Shown: positions 1 through 9,372 of the stretch, piece by piece
Layout of the letters: each line of letters starts with the position of its first letter
Numbering within the stretch: position 1 is the stretch's first letter
IMG/VR virus record: IMGVR_UViG_3300017963_000024
Location: 1 to 64,000 of that record
From: a virus
DNA length: 64,000 bases
Reading direction: 5' to 3' (one strand)
The notes under the pieces: generated by a model
Told to the model about the DNA's origin: nothing
What the model saw: the letters and a program-made list of their open reading frames with translations, nothing else
The model's database searches: none
Translations under genes and position numbers: made by a program

Positions 1-21
1 ACCCTCTTTGGAAAAATCGGA

Positions 22-375
22 GTGTCACCTGATGGGGAAGGTACAGGACAACTCCTTTCGTCCGCCTTTACAATCCCCGCCAATTGGACTGGTTTTTTTC
101 TCGGGGGGACGGTCTACGTCGCAACGGCAAAGCCAGCCTCCGTCGAGGTGAAGCAAAGATTGAGTGCTGATGTGGTTTCTTCTCCTTTCGGCGGGATGAG
201 CTATTGGGTCACGGCTTTTGGAATTGAGGGGCCTTTTGCGATCCCCATGAAAGGACCTTCCAGCCCAATCCCTTCAAAAACTGATTTGTGGGCAGCAGCG
301 AAAGGAGACTCAGTCACGAGTAAGATCTCCATCGAATATGAACTTTTGCTTGTCGCTAATTCTGTGTTACCGTAG
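22..375 (+). CDS. hypothetical protein, possibly the C-terminal part of a virion protein that starts upstream of the window
   Basis: ORF directly upstream of the lysis genes; no recognisable motif. Confidence 0.45.
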   Translation: MSPDGEGTGQLLSSAFTIPANWTGFFLGGTVYVATAKPASVEVKQRLSADVVSSPFGGMSYWVTAFGIEGPFAIPMKGPSSPIPSKTDLWAAAKGDSVTSKISIEYELLLVANSVLP

Positions 376-384
376 GAGCAAACC

Positions 385-567
385 ATGATGAATAGACCAC
401 TAGGCTTGCCCGTTGGAACTGTCAGAGCGATTCTGGCTCTCAGTATCATTGGAGTAACCCTTGCCATGTGGTTCCTTGGCAAGAACGTTTCCTCTGAACA
501 GTTGGCCCTTACCTCAATGGTTGGCGGTGTCTACTTCGGGGCCAGAACGCAGAATGGACACCAATGA
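385..567 (+). CDS. putative holin (small, two TM segments)
   Basis: 60 aa; hydrophobic segments AILALSIIGVTLAMWFLG and LALTSMVGGVYFG; AGGAG SD; upstream of endolysin. Confidence 0.6.
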   Translation: MMNRPLGLPVGTVRAILALSIIGVTLAMWFLGKNVSSEQLALTSMVGGVYFGARTQNGHQ

Positions 568-866
568 AATACCTTTGGGAAGTGCTCAAACTTTTGCCAG
601 TAAAAGCGATTGCCCTGATCGCTCTGGCACTCGCGGGCATTTCAATCTACCACGTCTATGCTGGTGAGGTCCGTACAAATCGAGAGGGTCTAGCGGATAC
701 GACAGCGAAGGTAGAGGCTCAAGAAAAGACCCAGCAGGAGGTCAATCGAAGTCTGGAGAAGATTGCAGATGGGCAGGAGCGGCGTATTCAGTTCATTGAG
801 CAGCAGATGATGAAAGCCGCTGGTGTGCCATCTCAACCAAGTGAGGCAGGAGCTACGGGTCCATGA
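564..866 (+). CDS. membrane-anchored coiled-coil lysis accessory protein (spanin/holin-like)
   Basis: N-terminal TM followed by coiled coil; ATGA overlap coupling within the lysis cluster. Confidence 0.45.
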   Translation: MKYLWEVLKLLPVKAIALIALALAGISIYHVYAGEVRTNREGLADTTAKVEAQEKTQQEVNRSLEKIADGQERRIQFIEQQMMKAAGVPSQPSEAGATGP

Positions 867-1186
867 ATGAACTCACCATTATCGTCAACCTTATCCTGAA
901 AGTTGTTGTTTCTCTCGCAGCTTTAGGGGGACTGATAGGGCTTGGGGCATGGATTGCCAAAGCTTCTCGTTGGGCTGGAAAGCTCGACGAGAAGTTGGAT
1001 GCGGGATTCAAGCAGAACGCTAAGGATCACAGAGAACTGAAGGAAAGCTTGGACGAGCATTCGGCAACCCTAGCGTCCCACGCCCTTGAGTTGACGGAGC
1101 ATCGGGTGAGAATTACAGGGCTTGAGAAGCAAATCTACAAGCAAGAGTGTGTTCGGAATGGGAAACATCAAGAGGAACCAAAATGA
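863..1186 (+). CDS. membrane protein with coiled coil, holin-like
   Basis: N-terminal TM, heptad repeats, directly before endolysin. Confidence 0.45.
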   Translation: MNELTIIVNLILKVVVSLAALGGLIGLGAWIAKASRWAGKLDEKLDAGFKQNAKDHRELKESLDEHSATLASHALELTEHRVRITGLEKQIYKQECVRNGKHQEEPK

Positions 1187-1632
1187 TCCCAAAACGAATC
1201 GTTCTCCACAACAGCGACACGAAGGATAGTGGAAGTGTCTCGTGGGGGGCAATCAGATGGTGGCACACAGACGGAAAGCACCATTGGCCCGACATCGGAT
1301 ACCACTTCGGGATCGAGGAAATCGAAGATGCTGCGAAGCGGGCTTATATCGAAGTGCTGCTCGGGCGTCTCCCCAACGTTCAAGGAGCACACACGAAGGG
1401 CCACAACTTCGACACACTCGGAATCTGCTTCGTGGGAAGCTTCGAGCAGGAACCACCGCCTCCCGTGAATTTGGCGAAGGGTCTCGATCTGGTTGAGTGG
1501 TTATGCCGAGTTCACGACATTCACCCATCGAATGTTTTCGGGCATCGCGAGCTAGCGAGCTACAAAACTTGCCCCGGATCACAATTTGATTTGGATGCTT
1601 TTCGTTTCGAGCTACTCAAACGTTTGGGCTGA
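1183..1632 (+). CDS. endolysin, N-acetylmuramoyl-L-alanine amidase (Amidase_2, T7 lysozyme-like)
   Basis: IVLHNS, DIGYHFGI, GAHTKGHN, GICFVG, GHREL...KTCPG motifs; likely start at ATG 1183. Confidence 0.92.
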   Translation: MIPKRIVLHNSDTKDSGSVSWGAIRWWHTDGKHHWPDIGYHFGIEEIEDAAKRAYIEVLLGRLPNVQGAHTKGHNFDTLGICFVGSFEQEPPPPVNLAKGLDLVEWLCRVHDIHPSNVFGHRELASYKTCPGSQFDLDAFRFELLKRLG

Positions 1633-2801
1633 TGGGACACTACGGCACATTCAACTACGGAAGCGGTGTTCACTACGGAGACGGCCAAGGAGCAGTTGTT
1701 CCTGCGTGGACTCCTCTTGGTGGCGGAAACCATCTCGGCAAAGATTGGATTATTACCAAAGATACCGTCGTTGCTGGAGTTCACTACAACATTGGGCATT
1801 TCGAGGTTGTAGATGGCGTCGTTGCGATCATCAAGGAGTATGATGGCGCGGCCTATGGTGGTTTCGAGGTGCTATGCAAAAGCGCAAGGGTTCTCGGGTC
1901 TATCTCGGGTAGCTTGTCGGGGCATCCCGGTGGCCCCGGTGGAGGGGGAGGAGGTGGAGCCGGGTCGGTGTCGGCGGGGGTCGGCGGCTTAGGCGGCGTG
2001 GCCCCTGTCGGCCCCGATGGTGAGGCTGGACAGGATGGGGCGGTCGGAGCTTCGGCTTTGGGCGGAGAAGGGGGTGACGGTGCTGCCGGGACGGGGGCCT
2101 ATGGGGGCAATTTGGGCGCAGGAGGCGCGTCCGGGGGTGGAGATGGGGGTTCGGCTACGGACGGCGGCTACGCGGTCGCAGGGGGCCAAGGAGACGTGTC
2201 TACGGACGAATCCTTGAACATGGGCAGTGGTGGTGGAGGAGGTGGAGGGGGCGGTGGTCAAAACACCGTTCCATCTACTATAACGGCTGGCGGCGGTGGT
2301 GCTGGTGGCTCCTCCGGGGGGAGCGGGGGAGCCATCGTCAAGATCGAGGCAATCGGGGGGATCATCGTCTCAGGGAAGATCTTCAGCCACGGAGGATTCT
2401 CAGTGGGCGGCAAGGATGGCAAGGACGCCATCCAAGGCGGCTCGTGTATCTTGGGCTACCCTGTGGGCCGTAAGGGGGGTGATGGGGGTGCTGGTGGCTC
2501 ACCTACCGATACGGATGCTCTACCCGGAGTTGGCGGCGAGAGCTTGCCTATCGGGGCAGACCCCGGAGGTGATGCGGGGGTTGGTGGAGACGGGGCAGGG
2601 GGAGGTATCTTGCTGAAGACGGCAGGACCAATTGGACTTGTAATCACAGGTGCGGTAAAAACTTTGGGAGGGATGACAGAAGTGGGCACTGGTGGAACCT
2701 ACAAGAAGTTCTACGCAGAAGGAGAAGACCACACCACAGGAACAGAGGAGGCGGGGAGAATCTATCCGAATAGTTCTCTCACTCAGGGCCATTTGGTATG
2801 A
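1632..2801 (+). CDS. glycine-rich tail or virion protein
   Basis: long GGxGG repeats and GGSGGAIVKI / GAGGGILL motifs typical of phage Gly-rich tail proteins. Confidence 0.65.
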   Translation: MGHYGTFNYGSGVHYGDGQGAVVPAWTPLGGGNHLGKDWIITKDTVVAGVHYNIGHFEVVDGVVAIIKEYDGAAYGGFEVLCKSARVLGSISGSLSGHPGGPGGGGGGGAGSVSAGVGGLGGVAPVGPDGEAGQDGAVGASALGGEGGDGAAGTGAYGGNLGAGGASGGGDGGSATDGGYAVAGGQGDVSTDESLNMGSGGGGGGGGGGQNTVPSTITAGGGGAGGSSGGSGGAIVKIEAIGGIIVSGKIFSHGGFSVGGKDGKDAIQGGSCILGYPVGRKGGDGGAGGSPTDTDALPGVGGESLPIGADPGGDAGVGGDGAGGGILLKTAGPIGLVITGAVKTLGGMTEVGTGGTYKKFYAEGEDHTTGTEEAGRIYPNSSLTQGHLV

Positions 2802-2810
2802 GGGGGAGGA

Positions 2811-3416
2811 TTGAAACACAAATCTTTGTTGGACATCGTAGCGAGTCTCGGAAAGGAGATCAGAAGACCGATGGACAAAATTGAAGTGACACGCGAAGAA
2901 GTTGTGGAGATGTATAACGCACTCCTCAACGCAAAGCTTTTGAGGGGGGACCCTCAGATCACGTATGCCCTTGGAAGGACGAAGCGATCATTGCGCGATC
3001 CGGCTGAGTCGATCACCGAGGGCAACGTCCCCTCTGACGAGTTCAATCAGTTCAACAAGCTTCGGGATGACCTGTGCCAGAAGTTCGCTTTGAAGGACGG
3101 CAAAGGGCGGCCTCTCTCCAGTGGCAATCAGTGGGTCATGGACCCCGACAAGGCCGAGGAGTTCGAGAAAGCCGCCGAAGACCTCAAAGCAAAATACGAG
3201 AAAGCACTCAAAGAAGAGGAAGAGCGGCGCAAGGGCTTCAAAGCTTGGAAACGTGAGAAGATGGACGTAAAGGTCCACAAGGTCAAGCTTTCGGCGCTGA
3301 AGCGAGTCTACAACAAGGAGAAGCCAGAAGAGTCCCTGACGGTTGACCAGATGGACGCACTAGCTCCGATGATTATCGTAGACTTCGACCTCAAAGACGA
3401 AAAGGTTCCCGAGTGA
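2811..3416 (+). CDS. hypothetical charged protein, possibly a tail fibre assembly chaperone
   Basis: K/E-rich helical ORF after the tail gene; alternative start at ATG 2871. Confidence 0.5.
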   Translation: MKHKSLLDIVASLGKEIRRPMDKIEVTREEVVEMYNALLNAKLLRGDPQITYALGRTKRSLRDPAESITEGNVPSDEFNQFNKLRDDLCQKFALKDGKGRPLSSGNQWVMDPDKAEEFEKAAEDLKAKYEKALKEEEERRKGFKAWKREKMDVKVHKVKLSALKRVYNKEKPEESLTVDQMDALAPMIIVDFDLKDEKVPE

Positions 3417-4717
3417 TGGCTCCCGCTACGCAAATGGTTTCGGCCAAGAAAAAGAAGAAAAAGAAGAAGGACAAAGTCAAAGCTTCGGATAATGGGAGGA
3501 ATCTTCGGCTAGAGTGGGTTGATCCCCGCACACTCTCTCCGAATCCGAAGAATTGGCGACGGCATCCAAAGACTCAGGTCGAGTCTGTAGAGGGAGTCAT
3601 CAAAGATGTGGGGTGGGCCGGAACTCTTCTGTTCAACGAAGCGACTGGACGGCTCATTGATGGACATCTCCGAAGAAATCTAGGCTTCAAGGAGGTTCCC
3701 GTTTTGATGGGTAGCTGGACAGAGGAGCAAGAGGCAGAGATTCTAGCGACTCTTGATCCAACAGCCGAGCTTGCTCTGATGAATGAGAAGGCTTTGGCTG
3801 TTGTCATGGCTCAGTCAAAAGCCAAGAGTCCCGCCGTCAAGAGATTATACGATGCCATGCTGAAAGAGAACGAAGGACTTCAGAGGGAAATGGAGTCTTT
3901 GCTCGATCAGCAACTCAGCGATCTTGAAGGCATGGACGACCTCGATCTCGACGAGGGTGATGACTTGACTCCTATCTCAGAAACACCAAACATCTTCTTT
4001 CGAGAAGACGCGGTGTTCTCCTCGACGAACAAGTGGGGATTACCTGATCTCAAAGAGGATATGCTGAGTGAAATCATTCCGACCGAAGTGTTTGGAGGCG
4101 AGTCCATCGAGCAGATTGGTGATCCGTCTCGGTGGTTATTCATGTACGGTAAGGCAAAGTTCACTCCTGAGATGGTACAAGGCGGTGTGCTGGGCTTCTA
4201 CGTTGAAGACGAGAATTTCAACGTGGTGTGGCAAGAAGCTGTTGCGACTGTCGAAAAGCTTTACCGGCTGAATTGGGGTGGGATTATCGCTCCAGACTTC
4301 TCATTATGGGCAGACGATCCACTTGTCGTTCAGCTTTGGAATGTCTATCGGGCAAGGTGGGTTTCTCGATTCTGGCAGGAAGCTGGAATCAAGGTGATCC
4401 CGAACATGGGATGGTCCGACAAGCGAAGCTACGATTTCTGCTTTGACGGGATTCCGAAGAAATGTCCTGTGATTTGCTGTCAGTGCCGTTCCCTCGGACG
4501 GGCGAAAGAGGAGAAAAAGCAGGGTCAAAAAAGTTGGCTCAGAGGATTCATTGAGGGGTGCAAAACGCTTGAACCCGCCAACATTTTGATCTATGGGGGA
4601 ATTGAGCATAGGGCATGGATCGAGAAGGGACTGCCAAAGAAGGGCCTTCCAAAAATCTACTGGCTAGATTCTTGGATGGCAAAACGAAGAGCAGCCAACT
4701 TCAAGATCGGAGACTGA
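3413..4717 (+). CDS. ParB/Srx-like N-terminal domain fused to DUF4417-like domain
   Basis: LSPNPKNWRRH...LIDGHLR (ParB-like); GFYVEDENF, IIAPDFSLW, WNVYRARW, GIKVIPNMGWS, ILIYGG (DUF4417-like). Confidence 0.75.
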   Translation: MMAPATQMVSAKKKKKKKKDKVKASDNGRNLRLEWVDPRTLSPNPKNWRRHPKTQVESVEGVIKDVGWAGTLLFNEATGRLIDGHLRRNLGFKEVPVLMGSWTEEQEAEILATLDPTAELALMNEKALAVVMAQSKAKSPAVKRLYDAMLKENEGLQREMESLLDQQLSDLEGMDDLDLDEGDDLTPISETPNIFFREDAVFSSTNKWGLPDLKEDMLSEIIPTEVFGGESIEQIGDPSRWLFMYGKAKFTPEMVQGGVLGFYVEDENFNVVWQEAVATVEKLYRLNWGGIIAPDFSLWADDPLVVQLWNVYRARWVSRFWQEAGIKVIPNMGWSDKRSYDFCFDGIPKKCPVICCQCRSLGRAKEEKKQGQKSWLRGFIEGCKTLEPANILIYGGIEHRAWIEKGLPKKGLPKIYWLDSWMAKRRAANFKIGD

Positions 4718-4733
4718 AAAGGAGGTGAATCGA

Positions 4734-4874
4734 ATGCGCGCAATCGTAAACCCGAACACTCGGCCCGAAGTTGGAGCCGGGGGCGGCGGTGGCCGTGGAG
4801 GTCGTCGGCGTCGGGGAGCAGGGCTGGCTCGTGCCCTCGGCGGCGTCGGCGGAAGATTCCGTCGAGGCGGCTGA
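4734..4874 (+). CDS. 46-aa Gly/Arg-rich peptide, missing from the ORF track
   Basis: AAGGAGGTG SD at 4719-4727; reads MRAIVNPNTRPEVGAGGGGGRGGRRRRGAGLARALGGVGGRFRRGG*; followed by a terminator. Confidence 0.8.
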   Translation: MRAIVNPNTRPEVGAGGGGGRGGRRRRGAGLARALGGVGGRFRRGG

Positions 4875-4925
4875 GAGCTAGAGTAGTCCTCCAATCCCTC
4901 ACATTCAGCCACCTAGTAGCACAGG

Positions 4926-4963
4926 CGGCCCCGGTCTTACCCACCGGGGCCGTTCTGTTTTTT
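4926..4963 (+). terminator. Rho-independent terminator
   Basis: CGGCCCCGGT / ACCGGGGCCG 10-bp stem followed by TTCTGTTTTTT. Confidence 0.75.
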
Positions 4964-5353
4964 CAACTCTATCCAAAGCTTCACCCACCAATGTCCATTC
5001 GGGTAGTCTACCAGAGCAACCCGCCCGTAATCAGGATCAAACACCTTCCGATCTCTCACAGCAACCCAATGCCCTGAGAGGGATCGTCTTTGCCGCGTGA
5101 TGAGCACGGCACCTTCCCGGCAAATCTCTTGGTCACACCAATCATAGAGATTGAGAGTCTCATCCCAAGTGAACATCTCGTAACGCTTCCCCGTTAGTAT
5201 TCGGAGAAGTTCGATCAACTTGGAACCATCGAGAGATTCTTCTACTCCTAAGCTTTTAGCTGCACGGTATGTCTTACCGTAGGGCTTTCTGGCTAACATT
5301 GCAGCCACAGCTATTCCACAGTCATCTTCCTCTCGTTGCTCGATGATCCGCAT
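4937..5353 (-). CDS. stand-alone peptidase C39-like cysteine protease
   Basis: QREEDDCGIAVAAML (Q-x5-C), GHWVAV, VFDP give a Cys-His-Asp triad; SD GGAGGGG on the minus strand; only convincing minus-strand gene in the window. Confidence 0.8.
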   Translation of the reverse strand: MRIIEQREEDDCGIAVAAMLARKPYGKTYRAAKSLGVEESLDGSKLIELLRILTGKRYEMFTWDETLNLYDWCDQEICREGAVLITRQRRSLSGHWVAVRDRKVFDPDYGRVALVDYPNGHWWVKLWIELKKQNGPGG

Positions 5354-5483
5354 TTGCCCCTCCTATCAGCACTCACATTATTTTCTTTTCCCTCTGGACA
5401 GTCAAGCCGATCCGTGGGATAAAAGGGGGCAAGCTAAAAGAGGGTAAAAACAGAAAGACCAAATCTTTGGAGGATTCGATGAA

Positions 5484-6965
5484 ATGACAGAAACCGTTAC
5501 AATTCAACGACTTACGGGGGTCACCTGTCGGCTGATTGGCCCAAAAGATGCGGCTATCTTAGCAGATGAAACCCTGATAGTTCCTCACCCGTCGGCAAAG
5601 TTTCAAAAGCGGTACAGAAGAAGGGGTTGGGATGGAATGGTTCACTTCTACCAAAAAGCGAAAGGTGTGTTCCCTTCTGGACTAGCCTACAAGGTTTCAA
5701 AAGCTTTGAAGAAGGGTGGATTCAAAGTCAAGTTCGACTACCCGAACTTGTCCTACCGCCCGATTCCTCTCGATTCACTTCTAGGAATCGAACTCAGGAG
5801 TTACCAGAGCAGGGCCGTGGATGTTGTCGAGAAAAGCCGAGGAGCCAGCATTCAATGCCCTACCGCTGGGGGCAAGACAGAAATAGGGGCTGAACTTATC
5901 CGAAGAACTGGTTTCAGAACCTTGTGGATGTGCAATGGAATCTCTCTCATGTACCAGACTCAACAACGACTCATGCGGCGGCTTGGAGTTCGAGTTGGAG
6001 TCATTGGTGATGGAAAGTTTGATCTTGAGGACATCACAGTAGGGATCGTAAACTCGCTTTCCCGTATCACTGACAAAGATTTCTGGCCGATTTGGGAACA
6101 ACTGATAATCGACGAAGCTCACCTTGGGAGCGCAAAGACGTGGTATGATTGTTCAAATCTTTGTGTCAACGCCTACATTCGGATGAATCTATCAGGGACC
6201 ATGAAGACGGGGGACGAGTTCAGAGACATGAGGGCGGAAGCTGCTGCTGGCCCCGTTGTTCCTATCGTCACGACTATGGAACTGGCAGACCTTGGATTCG
6301 TAGCTCGTCCAACAGTGGTTATGCTCCGCGCTCCTCGTGAGAGCTATCCTTCTTGGGAGCAAATTCGTGACAATGTAGCTCCTGATTGGAGAGACAATCC
6401 ACAAGTTTTAAGGCCGCGTGGAGGTGAGTTGTTTTCTCATGCGTATGATCTTGGAGTGATCCGAAATAAAGCACGTACAGAACTTGTGACAGCTATTGTC
6501 AAAAAGCACCTGAGAAGAAAGGAGCGTATTCTACTCGCGTGCAAGAGAACGTACCACGGTTCTGTCCTACAAGCGGCAATCTTCGACGCACGATGCACTT
6601 GGCTATGGGGTGAATCTTCGGCCAAGGAGAGAGAAACCTCAATTGAGAAGTTCAAAAACACAGAAGGGGGAGCGGTTCTCGTTGCCTCAGAGATTTTCAA
6701 AACAGGCATCGACATTCCAGAAATCGACGTGTTGATCCTCGCCACTGGAGGAAAATCTTCAATCGACATTTTGCAATGGTGTGGCCGCTCTATGAGAGTC
6801 CGACCGGGCAAAAAAACCGTGTTGATCTATGACTTTATCGACGGACGCACAACAACTGACAAGCGTGATTACTTGGGCAGCCACTCGAAGGCCCGATTAG
6901 AGGAGTACGAAAATGCGGGGTTTACTGTTGCAACGCCGAAGAAACTCGACTATTCGTGGCTATAG
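5484..6965 (+). CDS. superfamily 2 DNA helicase (UvsW/SSL2-like)
   Basis: LRSYQ, PTAGGKT, IIDEAH, LSGT, GIDIP, QWCGRSMR motifs. Confidence 0.92.
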   Translation: MTETVTIQRLTGVTCRLIGPKDAAILADETLIVPHPSAKFQKRYRRRGWDGMVHFYQKAKGVFPSGLAYKVSKALKKGGFKVKFDYPNLSYRPIPLDSLLGIELRSYQSRAVDVVEKSRGASIQCPTAGGKTEIGAELIRRTGFRTLWMCNGISLMYQTQQRLMRRLGVRVGVIGDGKFDLEDITVGIVNSLSRITDKDFWPIWEQLIIDEAHLGSAKTWYDCSNLCVNAYIRMNLSGTMKTGDEFRDMRAEAAAGPVVPIVTTMELADLGFVARPTVVMLRAPRESYPSWEQIRDNVAPDWRDNPQVLRPRGGELFSHAYDLGVIRNKARTELVTAIVKKHLRRKERILLACKRTYHGSVLQAAIFDARCTWLWGESSAKERETSIEKFKNTEGGAVLVASEIFKTGIDIPEIDVLILATGGKSSIDILQWCGRSMRVRPGKKTVLIYDFIDGRTTTDKRDYLGSHSKARLEEYENAGFTVATPKKLDYSWL

Positions 6966-7010
6966 GGTGTTTGCCCACACCCGTTGTCGAATGTGGTCGG
7001 TTGACCTTGT

Positions 7011-8183
7011 GTGCCACGAGGTCTTCGGATCGCTCCTCCGCCGCCCGCAGGAGACGACAAACGGCAGGGGGCTTCAGCGATGAGGTCCCCTGCCATATTC
7101 ACCAATCTTCATTGGAGAGATCTGTCCCCATCGGCAGCAAAGCTTTATTTGATTCTTCTTTCTCTTTCTACTGAAAAAAGAAGAATTCGTATCCGCCATG
7201 TGGACCTAGCTAAAGAAGCCGATTTGACTGAGAGCACCTTCCGATTGGCACGTCGGAAATTGCAGCATTGTGGCCTAGTTACAATCAGGTCTGGACTAGG
7301 TCGGGGAAATGAGTCAGAATGGATTCTTCTGAAGGTAGAGGACTTATACAACGGTCTAGTACAAAGGAGCGAACCAATGAGGAAGGCAGTAAGGGGGCTG
7401 AGTGGCACTGAAACAAAACTTCTAGGCGCAGCACTTTTTCTTGCAGATAACACAGGAAGATTCCGGGCAACGCTCTCAAAGCTTCAAACACTTTCTGGTT
7501 TGGGGAAAGACTCAATCAGAACAGCTAGAAAAGCTTTGAGACAGAGGCGAATGCTGGACTTTCAAGTTCAGAACGGAGCACTCACATTCTATCAGCTTTT
7601 GCAGCCAGCCTCTCGCGTCTCACAGGTAGAAATGTCGCCTGTCACAGGGAACGGCAAAGCTTTTGCTGATTATACATTAACAAATACACGTAAGAGTAAA
7701 AGAGTAAATAGTATTCTATCCCCATCTAGAGATGGGGAAGCCCTAGCCAGAATACAAGAAGAACTGGAGCTTCAACCGCACGAGATTTACGCTTTCATCA
7801 ACGAATGCAGCTTGCTGGTTGGCTCGGTGAAGTACAACCCCGGAAGACCGGGGCCGGGAGCACGGCTCAGAAAGATGCTCGCGGCTCGTCTCAAAGACGG
7901 GTACACACTCAAAGATTTGAAGAGAGCCTGTCAAGCAGCCGCCGCCGACCGCGCCAACGGAAGTCGCTGGAGAATGCTGTCAAATCTTTTCTACATTTGG
8001 GGCAATGGTCTACATTCATTTCTCGCAAAACCAGCAGATGTTCCCGTTGCAACAGGAGGAAAGAGACGACGCGCTCCTGTGTTCAGAAAAGGCGAGGAGT
8101 TGGAAAGCTGGAGAAAGGGGTCCACGACGGAAGAGCAACGACACGCCCGCGTCGAGGATTTCATAAAACGAATGGGCAATTAA
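7011..8183 (+). CDS. putative replication initiator with tandem winged-HTH domains
   Basis: two repeats of LSxxxxKL...LAKEADLTESTFRLARRKL-type HTH; upstream of helicase loader and helicase; start may be ATG 7080. Confidence 0.6.
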   Translation: MPRGLRIAPPPPAGDDKRQGASAMRSPAIFTNLHWRDLSPSAAKLYLILLSLSTEKRRIRIRHVDLAKEADLTESTFRLARRKLQHCGLVTIRSGLGRGNESEWILLKVEDLYNGLVQRSEPMRKAVRGLSGTETKLLGAALFLADNTGRFRATLSKLQTLSGLGKDSIRTARKALRQRRMLDFQVQNGALTFYQLLQPASRVSQVEMSPVTGNGKAFADYTLTNTRKSKRVNSILSPSRDGEALARIQEELELQPHEIYAFINECSLLVGSVKYNPGRPGPGARLRKMLAARLKDGYTLKDLKRACQAAAADRANGSRWRMLSNLFYIWGNGLHSFLAKPADVPVATGGKRRRAPVFRKGEELESWRKGSTTEEQRHARVEDFIKRMGN

Positions 8184-8216
8184 CCCCGGCGGGCAAGCCG
8201 GAGAAGGAGGAGCGAA

Positions 8217-8489
8217 ATGGAAAACAACAGTGTGGAGCAGTGCGCCCAAAATGCTGCCGTTGTAAAGGTAAGGATCATCTATGGGTTCTTACACCAACTC
8301 TCAAAGATTGGTGGCATAGATGCGGCAGCCGTTGCAGGAGAGCTAGCCAAGGTCCGTTGTGATGCTGACGGACAAACAGTCGTTCCAAAAGCAGAACGCA
8401 AAGCTTGCTGGGATCATTTTTGGGATGTGTTGATGAACATTGAAGAGGCGTTCGACCAGCGAGCGCATGAAGATGGGTATGCAGAATGA
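8217..8489 (+). CDS. hypothetical protein
   Basis: AAGGAGGAGCGAAATG SD motif. Confidence 0.6.
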   Translation: MENNSVEQCAQNAAVVKVRIIYGFLHQLSKIGGIDAAAVAGELAKVRCDADGQTVVPKAERKACWDHFWDVLMNIEEAFDQRAHEDGYAE

Positions 8490-8704
8490 AAGGCATACTC
8501 CACGAGGTTTTCGAGGGTGTTCCAAAGGGTAAGTGGACTGAGCTACCTTGGTACTTCATCGTAACAGTCGCTTACCTTCGTAGAGCACTTCCAGAATTTG
8601 ACGAACATCATCCACCGAAAGCAGCAAAGCTTTACAATAGATACTATGAGCAGATCGAAAGGATGAGGAGGGAGGCGAGGAGGTTCAGCAAATGGCAAAG
8701 CTGA
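8486..8704 (+). CDS. hypothetical protein
   Basis: ATGA coupling with the upstream gene. Confidence 0.5.
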   Translation: MKGILHEVFEGVPKGKWTELPWYFIVTVAYLRRALPEFDEHHPPKAAKLYNRYYEQIERMRREARRFSKWQS

Positions 8705-9372
8705 CAATCGAGCAGAGGTGTAGGCTGGAAGCCGCCGGATTGAAAGGTCGTCAGTTGAAGTGGTCGTTCAAGTCAGCACCAACACAAGTACAGAATTCAA
8801 CAGCTTACAAGGCAGTCAAAGCTTGGTCTAATACGAAGACCCCAAAGCCGCCGGGTCTTGTTTTGTACGGACCAGCCGGGTTGGGAAAAACAGGGCTTGC
8901 CATCTCTACTGTCAGGGAACGTGCCTTCGCAGGAGATGGGGCGGCAATTGATTGGGTTAGTACGGCTCATCCTGATGTTCGTAGAGGAATGGCAACGAAG
9001 GGTTTGAGAGTTCGAGCGGCCCCCGTCTGGTTCGAGTCATGGGCCAGCATTTCGATGAGACTGTGGTCAGCTTCGATGAATGGAGTTGATCGAAGCGACC
9101 CAAGGTCTGTCGGGGAGTTGATCGACGAGCTTCAAAGCTTGAGCCTTCTGGTGGTAGACGACCTCGATGTTGGCACTTACACTGAGTTCCGCGAAATGGT
9201 CATGCTCTCGATTCTCGAACGTGTCAGCTTGGGCAAACGTTTGATTATTGTAATGAACAGAGCGCCGGAAGAGTTGATTGACTCATTCGGGGAGAGGGTG
9301 GCGGATAGGCTGCAAGACACCGAAATGGTGCTGGTGATCCCGATGAGTGGCGAGTCACTTCGGAGGAAATGA
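8692..9372 (+). CDS. DnaC/IstB-like helicase loader ATPase
   Basis: LYGPAGLGKT Walker A, LLVVDDL Walker B, GERVADRL. Confidence 0.85.
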   Translation: MAKLTIEQRCRLEAAGLKGRQLKWSFKSAPTQVQNSTAYKAVKAWSNTKTPKPPGLVLYGPAGLGKTGLAISTVRERAFAGDGAAIDWVSTAHPDVRRGMATKGLRVRAAPVWFESWASISMRLWSASMNGVDRSDPRSVGELIDELQSLSLLVVDDLDVGTYTEFREMVMLSILERVSLGKRLIIVMNRAPEELIDSFGERVADRLQDTEMVLVIPMSGESLRRK

